A stretch of 32,000 nucleotides of DNA from Nitrososphaerota archaeon (GCA_021325595.1 JAJPGX010000015.1:20824-52823); one strand, 5' to 3'. Shown: positions 1 to 9,575, counted from the first letter of the stretch. Numbers and translations are program-made. Notes: generated by a model not told the origin, from the letters alone.

Positions 1-459
1 AAATGCATAATTTTCCAGTACAACTTGATGAATGATTCCTGCTCCTGGTTTCCAAAATCCTAATCCGTATTTTCTTGAAGATGATTCAAGAAATTTGTAG
101 ACTTCACTATTCTCATCTAGTGCAACTTTGATGTCCACATCACCACTCACTTTAGCACGAATTAGGTGATCGCAATGAACAGTTGTTGGAAGTTTGGCTT
201 GTTTAAGGCCAGATTGCATAAATTGTAAAATTACCATTTGTCCAGTAACATCTTGGAGTGCAACCCTATCAGGTAGAAAAAATGAATAGCTTTTACCTGG
301 CACTAGATCTTTTGCACTTTCTATATCATCAAGATGACCAATTAGGATCTTTTCAGTTAGGGTAAGTGGTCTATTAACGACTTTACGGTATTTAGCAATA
401 TTTTCTTCAATTTTATTGTAAACCTTGGATACTAGCTCAGGAGTTGTCTCAATTTCCAT
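1..459 (-). CDS. Aconitate hydratase (aconitase family), N-terminal part; the ORF runs off the window start
   Basis: Not in the ORF track. My translation from the ATG at 459 reads MEIETTPELVSKVYNKIEENIAKYRKVVNRPLTLTEKILIGHLDD...PDRVALQDVTGQMVILQFMQSG...TVHCDHLIRAK...PGAGIIHQVVLENYAF. These blocks match conserved N-terminal aconitase motifs as I remember them. Confidence 0.8.
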   Translation of the reverse strand, partial: MEIETTPELVSKVYNKIEENIAKYRKVVNRPLTLTEKILIGHLDDIESAKDLVPGKSYSFFLPDRVALQDVTGQMVILQFMQSGLKQAKLPTTVHCDHLIRAKVSGDVDIKVALDENSEVYKFLESSSRKYGLGFWKPGAGIIHQVVLENYAF

Positions 460-528
460 TACTGCAACAATAGAATGTTAATCTAAATTTAATATAAACG
501 GTATTTTCTAGAAGATAATATAAAAAAT

Positions 529-1146
529 CTAGTGTTTTGTTTTAACAAGATTTACAAAATATTTGTGTAGAGAAAGGTCTCCTGTTAATTCTGGGTGAAA
601 CGATGTTCCTACTATATTACCTTGTTTTACTGCTACAATTTTTTCATTGAATTTAGATAGAACTTCCACGTTCTTTCCAGATTCTATTATTGATGGGGCT
701 CTTATGAATACACCCGGAAACTTGGAAATACCTATTTTTTCCAGCGAAATTTCCGATTCAAATGAATCTTGCTGCCTTCCAAATGCATTTCGTTCTATTT
801 TTACATCAAGAAAATCAAGAAGTGGTTGATCCATTTCACCCACTACCCTGTCCTTAGCCTTTTTAGATAACAAAATCATTCCTGCACAGATACCAAATAC
901 AGGCATCCCATTTGCAATTTTTTCTTTTATTTTTTTGAGTGCACCATTAACCATAGAAAGTGTACCTATTACAGTACTTTCACCCCCAGGAATTATTAGA
1001 CCATCAATATCAGAGATTTGTTCTGGTGTTTTTACTTCATTTACTGTCCCTATTATTCCCAGATCTTCAAGAGCCATTTGTGTTGCTAAAACATTCTCTG
1101 CAACATCGCCTTGTACTGCTAGCACACCAATATTAACGCCATTCAT
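529..1146 (-). CDS. pdxT: Pyridoxal 5'-phosphate synthase, glutaminase subunit PdxT
   Basis: 205 aa. The N-terminus [14 protein letters not shown], the GICAGMILL nucleophile-Cys context and FHPELT near the C-terminus are typical of PdxT/SNO. The start overlaps the pdxS stop in an ATGA arrangement (1143-1146). Confidence 0.9.
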   Translation of the reverse strand: MNGVNIGVLAVQGDVAENVLATQMALEDLGIIGTVNEVKTPEQISDIDGLIIPGGESTVIGTLSMVNGALKKIKEKIANGMPVFGICAGMILLSKKAKDRVVGEMDQPLLDFLDVKIERNAFGRQQDSFESEISLEKIGISKFPGVFIRAPSIIESGKNVEVLSKFNEKIVAVKQGNIVGTSFHPELTGDLSLHKYFVNLVKTKH

Positions 1147-2111
1147 GCTGTACTTCCTCGTTCCTGCATTCTAAGTTCCAGATTTTTAGTGTCAAGTCCC
1201 AACATGGATTGTCTCTCATCAATCATTTTTTGTGCTTCTTTTACTTTGTTTGGATCCTCCCAGAAAGTAGTAGCTAGAACTATTGCTTGAGCACGTTCTT
1301 TTGCATCATCAGATTTGAATATCCCAGAACCAACAAAGATTCCATCACATCCTAATTTCATTAGATATGCAGCATCAGCTGGAGTGGATATACCACCTGC
1401 AGCAAAATTGACAACAGGCAATCTACCTAAGCTTGCTGTTTGTTCTACTAATGTATAAGAAACTTTAAGGTCTCTTGCAATTGAAATTAGATCCTGATGA
1501 TCACCATCATCATAAATTGATTTTATGCGACGTAGTTCATTGTTTACATTTTTAATATGAATTACCGCTTCTGCAACATTTCCAGTACCAGGTTCACCTT
1601 TAGTTCTTATCATTGCTGCGCCTTCTTCGATTCTTCTCAAAGCCTCACCAAGATTTCTTGCCCCATTTACAAATGGAGTAGTAAAATCCCATTTCCAAAC
1701 ATGTCTAGTTTCATCTGCAGGAGTTAAAACTTCAGATTCATCAATCATGTCAACATTTGTTTCTTGTAAAACCATTGCTTCGTAGACATGACCAATTCTA
1801 CATTTTGCCATAACAGGAATTGTAACAGAATCCATTATTTCTTGAATTATTCTAATGCTTGCAGTTCTAGCTACTCCTCCTGCCTTTCTAACATCAGATG
1901 GGAGTTTGTCTAGAACCATCACTGCAACTGAACCTGCATCCTCAGCAATTTGGGCTTGTTCTACAGTAGTTACATCCATTACAACTCCATTTTTTAACAT
2001 ATGAGCAAAACCTCGCTTTAGAGTAGATGTACCACGTTTTGTTCCAAAGGAACCTATGTTCTCTTTTATTATGCCTTTAGCATCATTCAAATCTCCAGCG
2101 AGCGGTATCAT
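1143..2111 (-). CDS. pdxS: Pyridoxal 5'-phosphate synthase, lyase subunit PdxS
   Basis: 322 aa. [36 protein letters not shown]...[16 protein letters not shown]...[13 protein letters not shown] matches the highly conserved PdxS/SNZ core. The gene is adjacent to pdxT. Confidence 0.93.
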   Translation of the reverse strand: MIPLAGDLNDAKGIIKENIGSFGTKRGTSTLKRGFAHMLKNGVVMDVTTVEQAQIAEDAGSVAVMVLDKLPSDVRKAGGVARTASIRIIQEIMDSVTIPVMAKCRIGHVYEAMVLQETNVDMIDESEVLTPADETRHVWKWDFTTPFVNGARNLGEALRRIEEGAAMIRTKGEPGTGNVAEAVIHIKNVNNELRRIKSIYDDGDHQDLISIARDLKVSYTLVEQTASLGRLPVVNFAAGGISTPADAAYLMKLGCDGIFVGSGIFKSDDAKERAQAIVLATTFWEDPNKVKEAQKMIDERQSMLGLDTKNLELRMQERGSTA

Positions 2112-2136
2112 AAGTTCTGAACGCTTCCGACTCTAT

Positions 2137-2670
2137 TTATTTTATTATTTCTGTGATAATATCATCCAAGTTGTTTTGCATGTGTATTATTAACGGAGGA
2201 ACAAATTCTTGAGTAGAATTTGGATCTGACCACTGTATACTAGTTGATTTTCCATTTAATGTTACGTCAAGTTTATACTTCTCATATTCATTGAGGTCAT
2301 TTTTTACCTGAAATGATGTTTGTGGAATTTCCATAAACCCAGTCTCTTTTATGAACGCAGTTAATTTTGTGACTTCATCTTTTGAGAGTTGATATTTTTT
2401 GTCAGGTTCTGAATAGCCATCTTTAGTCAAACTGTAAGTAGATTTACCATCATTGTTAATAGTTAAAACTTCACTTGTATCAGATCCAATACTTTGTGTC
2501 AGACCAAATGATATTTTCTTGAGATGTTGTTTACTATATTCTATCGATATGACATCATCAGGTGTAACCGCAACTGTTGGAACAGTTGGACGTGTAAGTG
2601 TTGGAACAACTATGAAAATTGCTGCCAAAACAGGAATTGCACCTAGAATTATGATTAAAGGTCGTACCAC
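2137..2670 (-). CDS. Hypothetical membrane-anchored protein
   Basis: 177 aa with one N-terminal hydrophobic helix (IIILGAIPVLAAIFIVV) and a hydrophilic remainder. I recognise no family. Confidence 0.6.
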   Translation of the reverse strand: MVRPLIIILGAIPVLAAIFIVVPTLTRPTVPTVAVTPDDVISIEYSKQHLKKISFGLTQSIGSDTSEVLTINNDGKSTYSLTKDGYSEPDKKYQLSKDEVTKLTAFIKETGFMEIPQTSFQVKNDLNEYEKYKLDVTLNGKSTSIQWSDPNSTQEFVPPLIIHMQNNLDDIITEIIK

Positions 2671-2831
2671 ATTATTTCACTTTTGTAACATGAGATGCTA
2701 ATGGATTTAAATTCAGTACAACACGACATTCTTTCTGATTTTTCGACATTGTTTCATGATATCAGATTGTCATCAATAAAGCTTCAGGATCTAAGTAAAT
2801 TAAAATTCAAGTGCATTTATGTCCATTACGT

Positions 2832-2985
2832 GGGGTCGTAGCCTAGCCAGGCATGGCGACAGGATAGATCACATGATCACCGCTAAGGGCTCCAGTGGTT
2901 TCACAAGCTTCACTGACGTAAGGATGATGTACAGTTTGGAGCTGTAGTGACCCGTGTGTCGCCGGTTCAACTCCGGTCGGCCCCA
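2832..2985 (+). tRNA. Intron-containing tRNA, best read as tRNA-Trp(CCA) with two introns (about 2861-2886 and 2896-2949)
   Basis: Acceptor GGGGTCG/CGGCCCC, discriminator A, genomic CCA follows. T-arm GCCGG-TTCAACT-CCGGT; D-arm GCCT-AGCCAGGCA-TGGC. Removing 26 nt and 54 nt gives anticodon stem ACGGG/CCCGT and loop CTCCAGA (74 nt mature). Intron 2 segment TGGAGC (2937-2942) pairs with GCTCCA (2889-2894), as in a bulge-helix-bulge substrate. Confidence 0.6.
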
Positions 2986-3096
2986 CCATTTTTTGATCGA
3001 GGTTCTAGCGAACAGTTATAAGGAAAAAGCGACTTAGAAAGTGAAGAGCAAAATGGGGGTTCATTTTAGTAATTTAAAAAATAGAGGTTATGTTTC

Positions 3097-3729
3097 ATGA
3101 GTCGTGGTAATTTTCCAACCTTTGGTGCTTCAAAAACAGGAACGTTTGTTTCTACTCTGAAAAACTACAATCTGCCTCCTTTCATATTAGAAAAGATTGC
3201 AACAGATTGCAAATCTGATCTGGTAAAAAAGGGCAGAATTGAAGAAAGGCTACAGAGCATGAATGATGAGGCTCTAGAAATACTCCACAAAGTTTTTGTC
3301 AATTGTGAAGAGGATTCCAATGGTGTTTATGCAGATTACAGATTTTTTGCATATATCTCAAGTATGTTCCACAAGTGTGAGATTTTATTAAATGAAAAGA
3401 TCCCTGGGGCTTCAGGTAAAAGTCACAAGGTACCAATAGCCGTTAAAAATAACGGCATGTACATTGCTGTTGGCATCAACAAATCAAGTGGTGGGCCAAT
3501 ATCAAAAAGAGAAGCGGTAAAATTCTATGAAATGGTTGATGATATTAAAAAAGGTGAACACGGCAATCAACTTGCAGAAGGAATCTTTGGCTCATCAGTT
3601 GGATTTGATGGAGAGGCACTAGTTACCCTCGAAAAGCTAAGCAAATCCAGAAAGAAGGATCCTCAAAATAAGATAGAATTTAAGACAGCAAGTTTTGAAA
3701 ATAGAATTTATTCTGTTACCAAGTGCTAG
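3097..3729 (+). CDS. Hypothetical protein with weak restriction-endonuclease-like (Mrr_cat-like) C-terminal similarity
   Basis: 210 aa. MYIAVGINKSSGGPISKREAVKFYEMV...GIFGSSVGFDGEALVTL loosely parallels the Mrr catalytic-domain pattern (hhhQxK...VG..ev..F.g......G.fhTts.Ft..A). The upstream acidic residue is not evident. Confidence 0.55.
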   Translation: MSRGNFPTFGASKTGTFVSTLKNYNLPPFILEKIATDCKSDLVKKGRIEERLQSMNDEALEILHKVFVNCEEDSNGVYADYRFFAYISSMFHKCEILLNEKIPGASGKSHKVPIAVKNNGMYIAVGINKSSGGPISKREAVKFYEMVDDIKKGEHGNQLAEGIFGSSVGFDGEALVTLEKLSKSRKKDPQNKIEFKTASFENRIYSVTKC

Positions 3730-3842
3730 TGTTTTTTCTTAGCAGGACAGAATTTTGTATGTACTTGTTTTTCAACAGTTAGCGTAGTTTCATTTTCGTG
3801 AAAGAGTTTTGTTCCACAGTCTGGACAAATAAATTCTGGCAT
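3726..3842 (-). CDS. Possible small zinc-ribbon-like protein (38 aa)
   Basis: Below the ORF-track cutoff. My translation is MPEFICPDCGTKLFHENETTLTVEKQVHTKFCPAKKKH, with CxxC plus a distal Cys/His. It is convergent with 3097..3729 and overlaps its stop. Confidence 0.3.
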   Translation of the reverse strand: MPEFICPDCGTKLFHENETTLTVEKQVHTKFCPAKKKH

Positions 3843-4133
3843 AAGAAGTCTCGACATTACTCATTTATAGTCTTTTAGAGCCATTTCGTTTTGTCTATCT
3901 GATAGTATTTTTTAGTTTTAGAATGTCTGGGCCGTACATGAAGTATGGCATTACAACATGGACATTTTGTTCCATCCTATTTGTACATAGTATAAACATT
4001 AATCACTTTTGTCCACATAGGTAATGTACCGAGATTCCAAGCGATGATCTAAATTTTGTTTTACATGCGCCTTTACAGATTAACATTTGTCAGAGTTTTT
4101 GAAAATCATAGTTAAAAGAGATGGTGATTTTTG

Positions 4134-4700
4134 CTATAACCGTATACTTGAAGTGTCAAGTGTGGCAAAAAGTCCATCATTATCAGTTCTTTCATAATTT
4201 TCATCATAATATTCGAAAGGCAGAGAAGCAAAGAGATGTTTGTCCCATATATCATGTACTACTTCTTTGTAATTTTTAAATCCAGATTGTCTTAGAAACT
4301 CATGCGCAAGTTCATGTGAGACCTTGGAACAATTTTTTTCCATGAGAAACTGAATGTCGCCAAGTTGCGGGCTTTTATCCCATTTTACCATAGCAAAATT
4401 ATCTGCAAAATAACCCTCACATGTGCAATCAGTCCAGATAGGTCTAAAATAGGTAAGATAGAAATGAAAAATGTCTATCCCTCTACTTCTGTGATCTTCA
4501 AGTATGGTGGGCACGTCAATAATGCTAAATTTTCTGCCTGAATGAACAATCATCTCATCTGCTTGAATTTCTATGTCTTTTGAGAATGTTTTTCTTATCC
4601 AAGATTGGTAGAACTTGGCCATTTTTTCCACATAGTTAAATTCCCATTTTCTTTGTTCTAATTCCTCTTCTTTGACTAGAAATATGAAATGTAGTAGCAT
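4134..4700 (-). CDS. Hypothetical protein with an HExxH motif (possible zinc metallopeptidase-like)
   Basis: 188 aa containing SHELAHEF (HExxH). No other family signature recognised. Confidence 0.55.
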   Translation of the reverse strand: MLLHFIFLVKEEELEQRKWEFNYVEKMAKFYQSWIRKTFSKDIEIQADEMIVHSGRKFSIIDVPTILEDHRSRGIDIFHFYLTYFRPIWTDCTCEGYFADNFAMVKWDKSPQLGDIQFLMEKNCSKVSHELAHEFLRQSGFKNYKEVVHDIWDKHLFASLPFEYYDENYERTDNDGLFATLDTSSIRL

Positions 4701-4807
4701 TAGCTGCAGAAATCATCATACAATTAAAAGGTCTTTGCATCAAAATAAAAAATAAAACCCCATGGGTTGTATTTGAAAAATATGTGTGGTTTATACCACA
4801 GGGAATT

Positions 4808-5113
4808 TTAGCTTTGACCTTCTATTCCCATCAGAGTTAGAGTAGATCTTATCTTCTCTATTTTACGGATTTTCCAAGTAATTATCTCTCTTAATGCTTC
4901 TACTGTTGGAGATTCTATCTTGGCTAAAATATCATAGGCGCCAAAGGTACCATGAACTTCTTTCACTCCACTAATTGCTTTCAGTTGTGAAATTATTGAT
5001 TCCTCTGAACCTAATTCACAATTTATCAGCACATATGCTGTTGCCATATAATACCTATACAATGCAAATATATCAATAGATCTGTTCTTTCTTTTTGAAT
5101 CAAAAATATTCAT
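4808..5113 (-). CDS. Stand-alone Lrp/AsnC-type ligand-binding (RAM) domain protein
   Basis: MATAYVLINCELGSEESIISQLKAISGVKEVHGTFGAYDILAKIE fits the AsnC/Lrp C-terminal domain pattern, and no HTH is present. The likely true start is the internal ATG at 5047 (about 79 aa). Confidence 0.72.
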   Translation of the reverse strand: MNIFDSKRKNRSIDIFALYRYYMATAYVLINCELGSEESIISQLKAISGVKEVHGTFGAYDILAKIESPTVEALREIITWKIRKIEKIRSTLTLMGIEGQS

Positions 5114-5194
5114 AATTCAAGTTCCTGTTGATTTTATACATAAAATCCCAAAAATTTGATTCATTGTAAGTATTTTTAGAAAAATTAAGTGAAA

Positions 5195-5340
5195 TGTTCC
5201 CCGGTTCTGACTCGCATAGAATCATTGGAATATTAGCCTAAACCCTCATCTTGCTCTCATACCGGGGTGCCCATGTCGCACGGCTGGGTGGACCAAAAAT
5301 CATATTTTATCATCACAGTCCGTCTGCGTGCATTTGGGGC
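5195..5340 (-). ncRNA. Candidate structured small RNA; the 3' hairpin has H/ACA-guide-like features. Class unproven.
   Basis: A GC-rich island in an AT-rich spacer directly after the pheT stop. On the minus strand, stem CCCCGGT/ACCGGGG (7 bp) encloses an internal loop. Inside are an upper stem GCA-AGA/TCT-A-TGC and a consensus K-turn (non-bulged UGA-GG; bulged CC-AAU-GA-U). The lower stem is followed by A-ACA. Confidence 0.35.
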
Positions 5341-5354
5341 GATATAATTATCAT

Positions 5355-7010
5355 CTAGTCAAATATTAATCCAGTGAGGTTTAATTCAAACCCTGCAATT
5401 GGAATTCTTAGTTTGAAGTTCTCAATTACCTCAGGATTGATCTCTCCTACTATCCCTGCCTGTTTTCCATTAACAACTACGCTTGCAATCCTCCCATCAG
5501 CAAATATGGAATCTTTACTTGCAATTGTTTTACATTCTAGATTAAACCCAGTTTTAAGAAGAGATTGTAGAACTGATTTAATCTCAGTAAATCCAGCACC
5601 ATTATGAGCACTTACACAAGAGAGATGAATTTCTTCTTTAAGTGGCAGATCTTTTTCGTAAACAGTGCCTATTTCGAAGATTCGTTGAGGGTATGATTCG
5701 TGTATATTTCTTGATAATACATCCATCAAACCAGAAAGTAATATATCTCGTAGTATAGCATGTTCTTGGCTTTTTGAGTCCAATACGGAAATCATTTTAG
5801 AATAGTCTCTTCCAGTTTTTTCGTATAAGATCTCTTTGCTGATTAATTCGAAATTCATTACTTCAGTGTAGCCAAGACCATTCATAAGAAGCCTTATTGC
5901 TTCTAATTTTTTTGTTACATTGTGTCTTTCACCAACAGAAACTGATTCTGGAATTGTTGGAGTAAGATTTTGTATTCCATAACCAAGTGCAACTTCTTCT
6001 ACTAGATCCATTGAACCAAAGATATCAGTCCTATATCGTGGTATTGTACAAACAATCTTTCTACCTTTCATCTTGGCATCAAGTCTGCTTTTTCTCAATG
6101 ATTTTATGATAACTGAATTTGATAATTCAAGTCCTAATGTCTGGTTAACTATTTCAGATCCTAGCAGTAGATCTCTTGGTTTTAATTTTAGAGTAGAGTT
6201 ATTTGCACCACTTATTCTAACCGAATAGATCTGAAATCCAGCCGTCTGCAAGGTGTTAGCAATTACTGCAAGAATATCTTCTGCGGAATTTTTGTCAGTG
6301 GCAGTAACTTCAACCAGAATATTTTTTGTGGTACTCTTTATCTCAGTAAATTTTGCATTAGTTATCGGTGGCAAAGAGATAGTCTTACCGGTTGAATCCA
6401 TGATTACTGGTACTTTTTGTCCGTGTAGGATATTTCCATATTTTATTCCTGTTTCTGTTTTTTCCAGGATTTCTGTAACAGTCATTTCTACATCAGAATC
6501 AAGAGGAATGAATCTATGATCCGTACCGATGGATTTGTAATATAGTGGAAACTTGATTTTATCAAGATCATGTATGCCAATGGATGCTTTCTTTCTACGT
6601 CTACCTATTCCATTATGAAGATCTTCTTGCATTGTGATGATTTGCCTTATACTTTCGTCATCTAATGTGCCGTTTTTTGCCTCAATTGCAGTAACATATG
6701 GCCGTATTTTTGAGACTGAAGAATCTGCTTTTATCATGTCTTTGCCAACTTTGATGTGTAATTGTTGCATTCCGAGTTTGATTCCCAAAAGACCCTGTAA
6801 TCCTGTAATTATACCATAATCAGTTGAATAGTCAGGTCTGTTTGGACTGTACTCAACGTTGATATGATCAGACGCCTCTTCTTCAATATCTAATCCAATA
6901 AAGGGTAGAGTAGAAGTAATCTTTTCTTTTGATATTTTCTTTCCTAGAATTTTTTGAATTCTATCAAAATACAATGTAACTACTGGCATTTCGGTACGCT
7001 CCTTAACCAA
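5355..7010 (-). CDS. pheT: Phenylalanyl-tRNA synthetase beta subunit (archaeal type)
   Basis: 551 aa. The N-terminus MPVVTLYFDRIQKILG... with the B3/4 and B5-like regions resembles archaeal PheT, and it lies immediately downstream of pheS, overlapping it. The start may be the second Met (6989). Confidence 0.92.
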   Translation of the reverse strand: MVKERTEMPVVTLYFDRIQKILGKKISKEKITSTLPFIGLDIEEEASDHINVEYSPNRPDYSTDYGIITGLQGLLGIKLGMQQLHIKVGKDMIKADSSVSKIRPYVTAIEAKNGTLDDESIRQIITMQEDLHNGIGRRRKKASIGIHDLDKIKFPLYYKSIGTDHRFIPLDSDVEMTVTEILEKTETGIKYGNILHGQKVPVIMDSTGKTISLPPITNAKFTEIKSTTKNILVEVTATDKNSAEDILAVIANTLQTAGFQIYSVRISGANNSTLKLKPRDLLLGSEIVNQTLGLELSNSVIIKSLRKSRLDAKMKGRKIVCTIPRYRTDIFGSMDLVEEVALGYGIQNLTPTIPESVSVGERHNVTKKLEAIRLLMNGLGYTEVMNFELISKEILYEKTGRDYSKMISVLDSKSQEHAILRDILLSGLMDVLSRNIHESYPQRIFEIGTVYEKDLPLKEEIHLSCVSAHNGAGFTEIKSVLQSLLKTGFNLECKTIASKDSIFADGRIASVVVNGKQAGIVGEINPEVIENFKLRIPIAGFELNLTGLIFD

Positions 7011-8407
7011 CCAAATTTATTTTCATAAAGCTCACGAACATCCTCAAGGCCAAATCGTAGCATTGCGATGCGTTCTATTCCCCCACCCCAAGCAAGAACT
7101 GGATTTTTAATTCCAAGCGGTTTTGTGACTTCAGGTCGGAAAATTCCCATTCCAAATAGTTCTACCCATTTTGCAAGTTTATCATTATATATCATTGATT
7201 GCAAAGAGGGTTCGGTGTACGGGAAAAATGTGGGCCAAAACTTGATTTTTTTAATTCCCATTTTGTGATAAAATTCCGTTTGTAGGCCCATTAAGTCTCT
7301 TAGTGTTACTTTTTTTCCTACAACAACCCCTTCAACCTGATGAAATTCTGCAAGATGTTTGTAGCTTACTTTTTCATTTCTGAAAACCTTTCCAATTGAG
7401 AATAGTCTGGCTTCATCATAATCATGGTCTGCAAGAGTCCTGATTGTAATAGCTGTGGTATGTGTTCTTAGAACCATTTTCCTTGCTTCTTCACTTTGCC
7501 ACTGATAATTCCAGCCCTTTTTGTGAGCTTCGGATACTTTTCTTATCTGATCTGGTTTTGCAAATTTCATAGCCTTGGCATTTTCTATGTAAAATGTATC
7601 TTGCATTTCTCGCGCAGGATGATCTTGGGGTGTGAAAAGAGCATCAAAATTCCAAAAGCATGATTGTACGTTATTGCCTATGATCTCTGAAAATCCCAGA
7701 CTGACAAAAATTTCTCTTACTTCATCTATAACATCTTGTAAAGGATGAGATTTTGCGGCAAAAACTACAGGTGCTGGAGCTTCAACATCAATTGCTCTAG
7801 AGTATGGATCAGATACATTTTCAGAAACACTTTTTGCTGATTCTGCTCCTTTTTCAGTAAGAAGTATAGTCATCTGTTTTGATGAAGAAAATGAAAGAAA
7901 GTCAGGTCTTTTTTTTAGTAAATCAATTGCTTCTTTTTCATTTATTTCTTCTACAGATGTTGGTGATGTACTCTTTGCAATTTGTTTAATGACTTTTTCT
8001 TCTGGGGTGGTATCATGATATCCTTTGAGATGGATTCTGTTTTCATGAATTTCTATCCAGTTATTTTTCTTTGCATTTGCTATAGCAGGACTAAAATCAT
8101 TTTTGAATTCATCTTTTACTTCATTCATCTCACAAGAAGCACCGAATTTGGATTTGAGAAAATTTACCAGGTTACGTTCTGGTAGCCCTTTCTCAAACGC
8201 TTCATGTCCTCTTTTTCCTAATATAACAAAATTTTTCTGCGATTCATTAACGTGAACTAGTTCTTTGAATTTTAGCCATTCAATACCTCGTCTTACTTGA
8301 TCTATTGATAACTTTGTTTTTTCTACCAGTTCCTCTACAGTCATGTTTTCTTTCGCAAGTAAAGATTTGAGAATTTGCTGTTCAATTGGATGAAGAACTT
8401 GTGGCAT
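6980..8407 (-). CDS. pheS: Phenylalanyl-tRNA synthetase alpha subunit
   Basis: 475 aa. Class II core motifs are present: HPAREMQDTFY, LRTHTTAITIR, FRNEKVSYKHLAEFHQVEG, and GMGIFRPEV...AWGGGIERIAM. Confidence 0.93.
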   Translation of the reverse strand: MPQVLHPIEQQILKSLLAKENMTVEELVEKTKLSIDQVRRGIEWLKFKELVHVNESQKNFVILGKRGHEAFEKGLPERNLVNFLKSKFGASCEMNEVKDEFKNDFSPAIANAKKNNWIEIHENRIHLKGYHDTTPEEKVIKQIAKSTSPTSVEEINEKEAIDLLKKRPDFLSFSSSKQMTILLTEKGAESAKSVSENVSDPYSRAIDVEAPAPVVFAAKSHPLQDVIDEVREIFVSLGFSEIIGNNVQSCFWNFDALFTPQDHPAREMQDTFYIENAKAMKFAKPDQIRKVSEAHKKGWNYQWQSEEARKMVLRTHTTAITIRTLADHDYDEARLFSIGKVFRNEKVSYKHLAEFHQVEGVVVGKKVTLRDLMGLQTEFYHKMGIKKIKFWPTFFPYTEPSLQSMIYNDKLAKWVELFGMGIFRPEVTKPLGIKNPVLAWGGGIERIAMLRFGLEDVRELYENKFGWLRSVPKCQ

Positions 8408-8459
8408 TATGACAAACAGCCATAAAGACTTTTTAAACCTTAACCTAACTGAATCATGA

Positions 8460-9575
8460 ATGTCATCTGAAGAGTTTACTGTAACTCCTTGGAGCGTAGA
8501 AGGTGAAATTGATTATGATAAACTCATTCAAAAGTTTGGAACAGAAAAAATTTCACCTGAATTACAATCACGCGTAGAAAAAATAACTGGAGAAATTCAT
8601 CCCATGTTAAAGCTTGGATATTTTTTCAGCCATAGAGATTTTGACAAGGTATTAACTGAATATGAAAAAGGCAACAAGTTCTATTTGTATACAGGAAGAG
8701 GCCCTTCAGGCCAAGTCCACATGGGACATATTCTACCTTGGATTTTTACAAAATATTTACAGGATAAATTCGATGTTAATCTTATTTTTCAGCTTACAGA
8801 TGATGAAAAATTCCTCTACAATGATTCAAAAACCTTTGAGGATGTTACAAAATTCACTAATGATAACATTTTGGATATAATTGCAATCGGTTTTGATCCA
8901 AAGAAAACAAAGATACTGATTGATACAAAGGATATCAAGAGAATTTATCCAATATCACTTGAGATAGCAAAGAGAATTACTTATTCTACTGTAAAAGCAG
9001 TTTTTGGATTCCAAAATTCTACCAACATAGGAATGATTGGATTTCCACCAATTCAGGCAGCACCTTGTTTTCTTCCCTCCATAATAGAAAGCAAACCAAC
9101 ACCAGTATTGATTCCAGCTGCAATAGATCAAGATCCATATTGGAGAGTGACAAGAGATATTGCAGAAAAAATTGGATATCCCAAACCAACACAAATTCAT
9201 TCTAAATTTTTACCAGGACTTGGCATGCAAGGTAAAATGTCATCATCAATACCTGAGACTGCAATATTTACAACAGATGATGAAGAAGCAATAGACAAAA
9301 AAATTTCAAATACATTTACTGGAGGACAGCCAACCGTAGATCTACAGCGAAAACTTGGAGCCAATTTTAACATTTGTCCAGTTTTTTGGTATCTGAGATA
9401 CTTTTTTGATACTGAGAAAGAATCAGATGAGCGTGCAAGAAAATGTAGAAGCGGCGAGTTACTCTGTGGAGAATGTAAGTGTAACCTAAAGGACTCTACA
9501 AAACCATTTATTGTAGAATTCAAAAAACGTAGAGAAAAAGCAAAAGAGCAGATAGATAAATTTCTTTTTGATTAG
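8460..9575 (+). CDS. trpS: Tryptophanyl-tRNA synthetase (archaeal/eukaryotic type)
   Basis: 371 aa. TPWSVEGEIDYDKLIQKFGT, a HIGH-like GRGPSGQVHMGHILPW and a KMSKS-like KMSSS. Divergent from pheS with a 52-nt spacer. Confidence 0.92.
   Translation: MSSEEFTVTPWSVEGEIDYDKLIQKFGTEKISPELQSRVEKITGEIHPMLKLGYFFSHRDFDKVLTEYEKGNKFYLYTGRGPSGQVHMGHILPWIFTKYLQDKFDVNLIFQLTDDEKFLYNDSKTFEDVTKFTNDNILDIIAIGFDPKKTKILIDTKDIKRIYPISLEIAKRITYSTVKAVFGFQNSTNIGMIGFPPIQAAPCFLPSIIESKPTPVLIPAAIDQDPYWRVTRDIAEKIGYPKPTQIHSKFLPGLGMQGKMSSSIPETAIFTTDDEEAIDKKISNTFTGGQPTVDLQRKLGANFNICPVFWYLRYFFDTEKESDERARKCRSGELLCGECKCNLKDSTKPFIVEFKKRREKAKEQIDKFLFD

Noticed and set aside
2896-2949. A full box C/D methylation guide in the tRNA-Trp intron
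   Set aside because: Only internal D'-like (CTGA) and C'-like (GATGATG) elements are visible. The terminal C and D boxes and the N+5 geometry for C34 could not be satisfied. It is reported only as something to test.
5195-5340. Tried to read the GC-rich element after pheT as a tRNA (with introns), a 5S rRNA, an SRP RNA or RNase P RNA, and as a complete box C/D sRNA
   Set aside because: It has no T-loop (GTTCRANYC) and no matching acceptor halves. It is too short for SRP or RNase P RNA. A perfect C box (GTGATGA, minus strand) exists, but there is no CTGA D box downstream.
6980-7010. The 31-nt overlap of the pheS stop and the pheT start, considered as a possible frameshift or fusion
   Set aside because: Both frames are complete. 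An internal Met at 6989 shortens the overlap to 10 nt, which is ordinary translational coupling.
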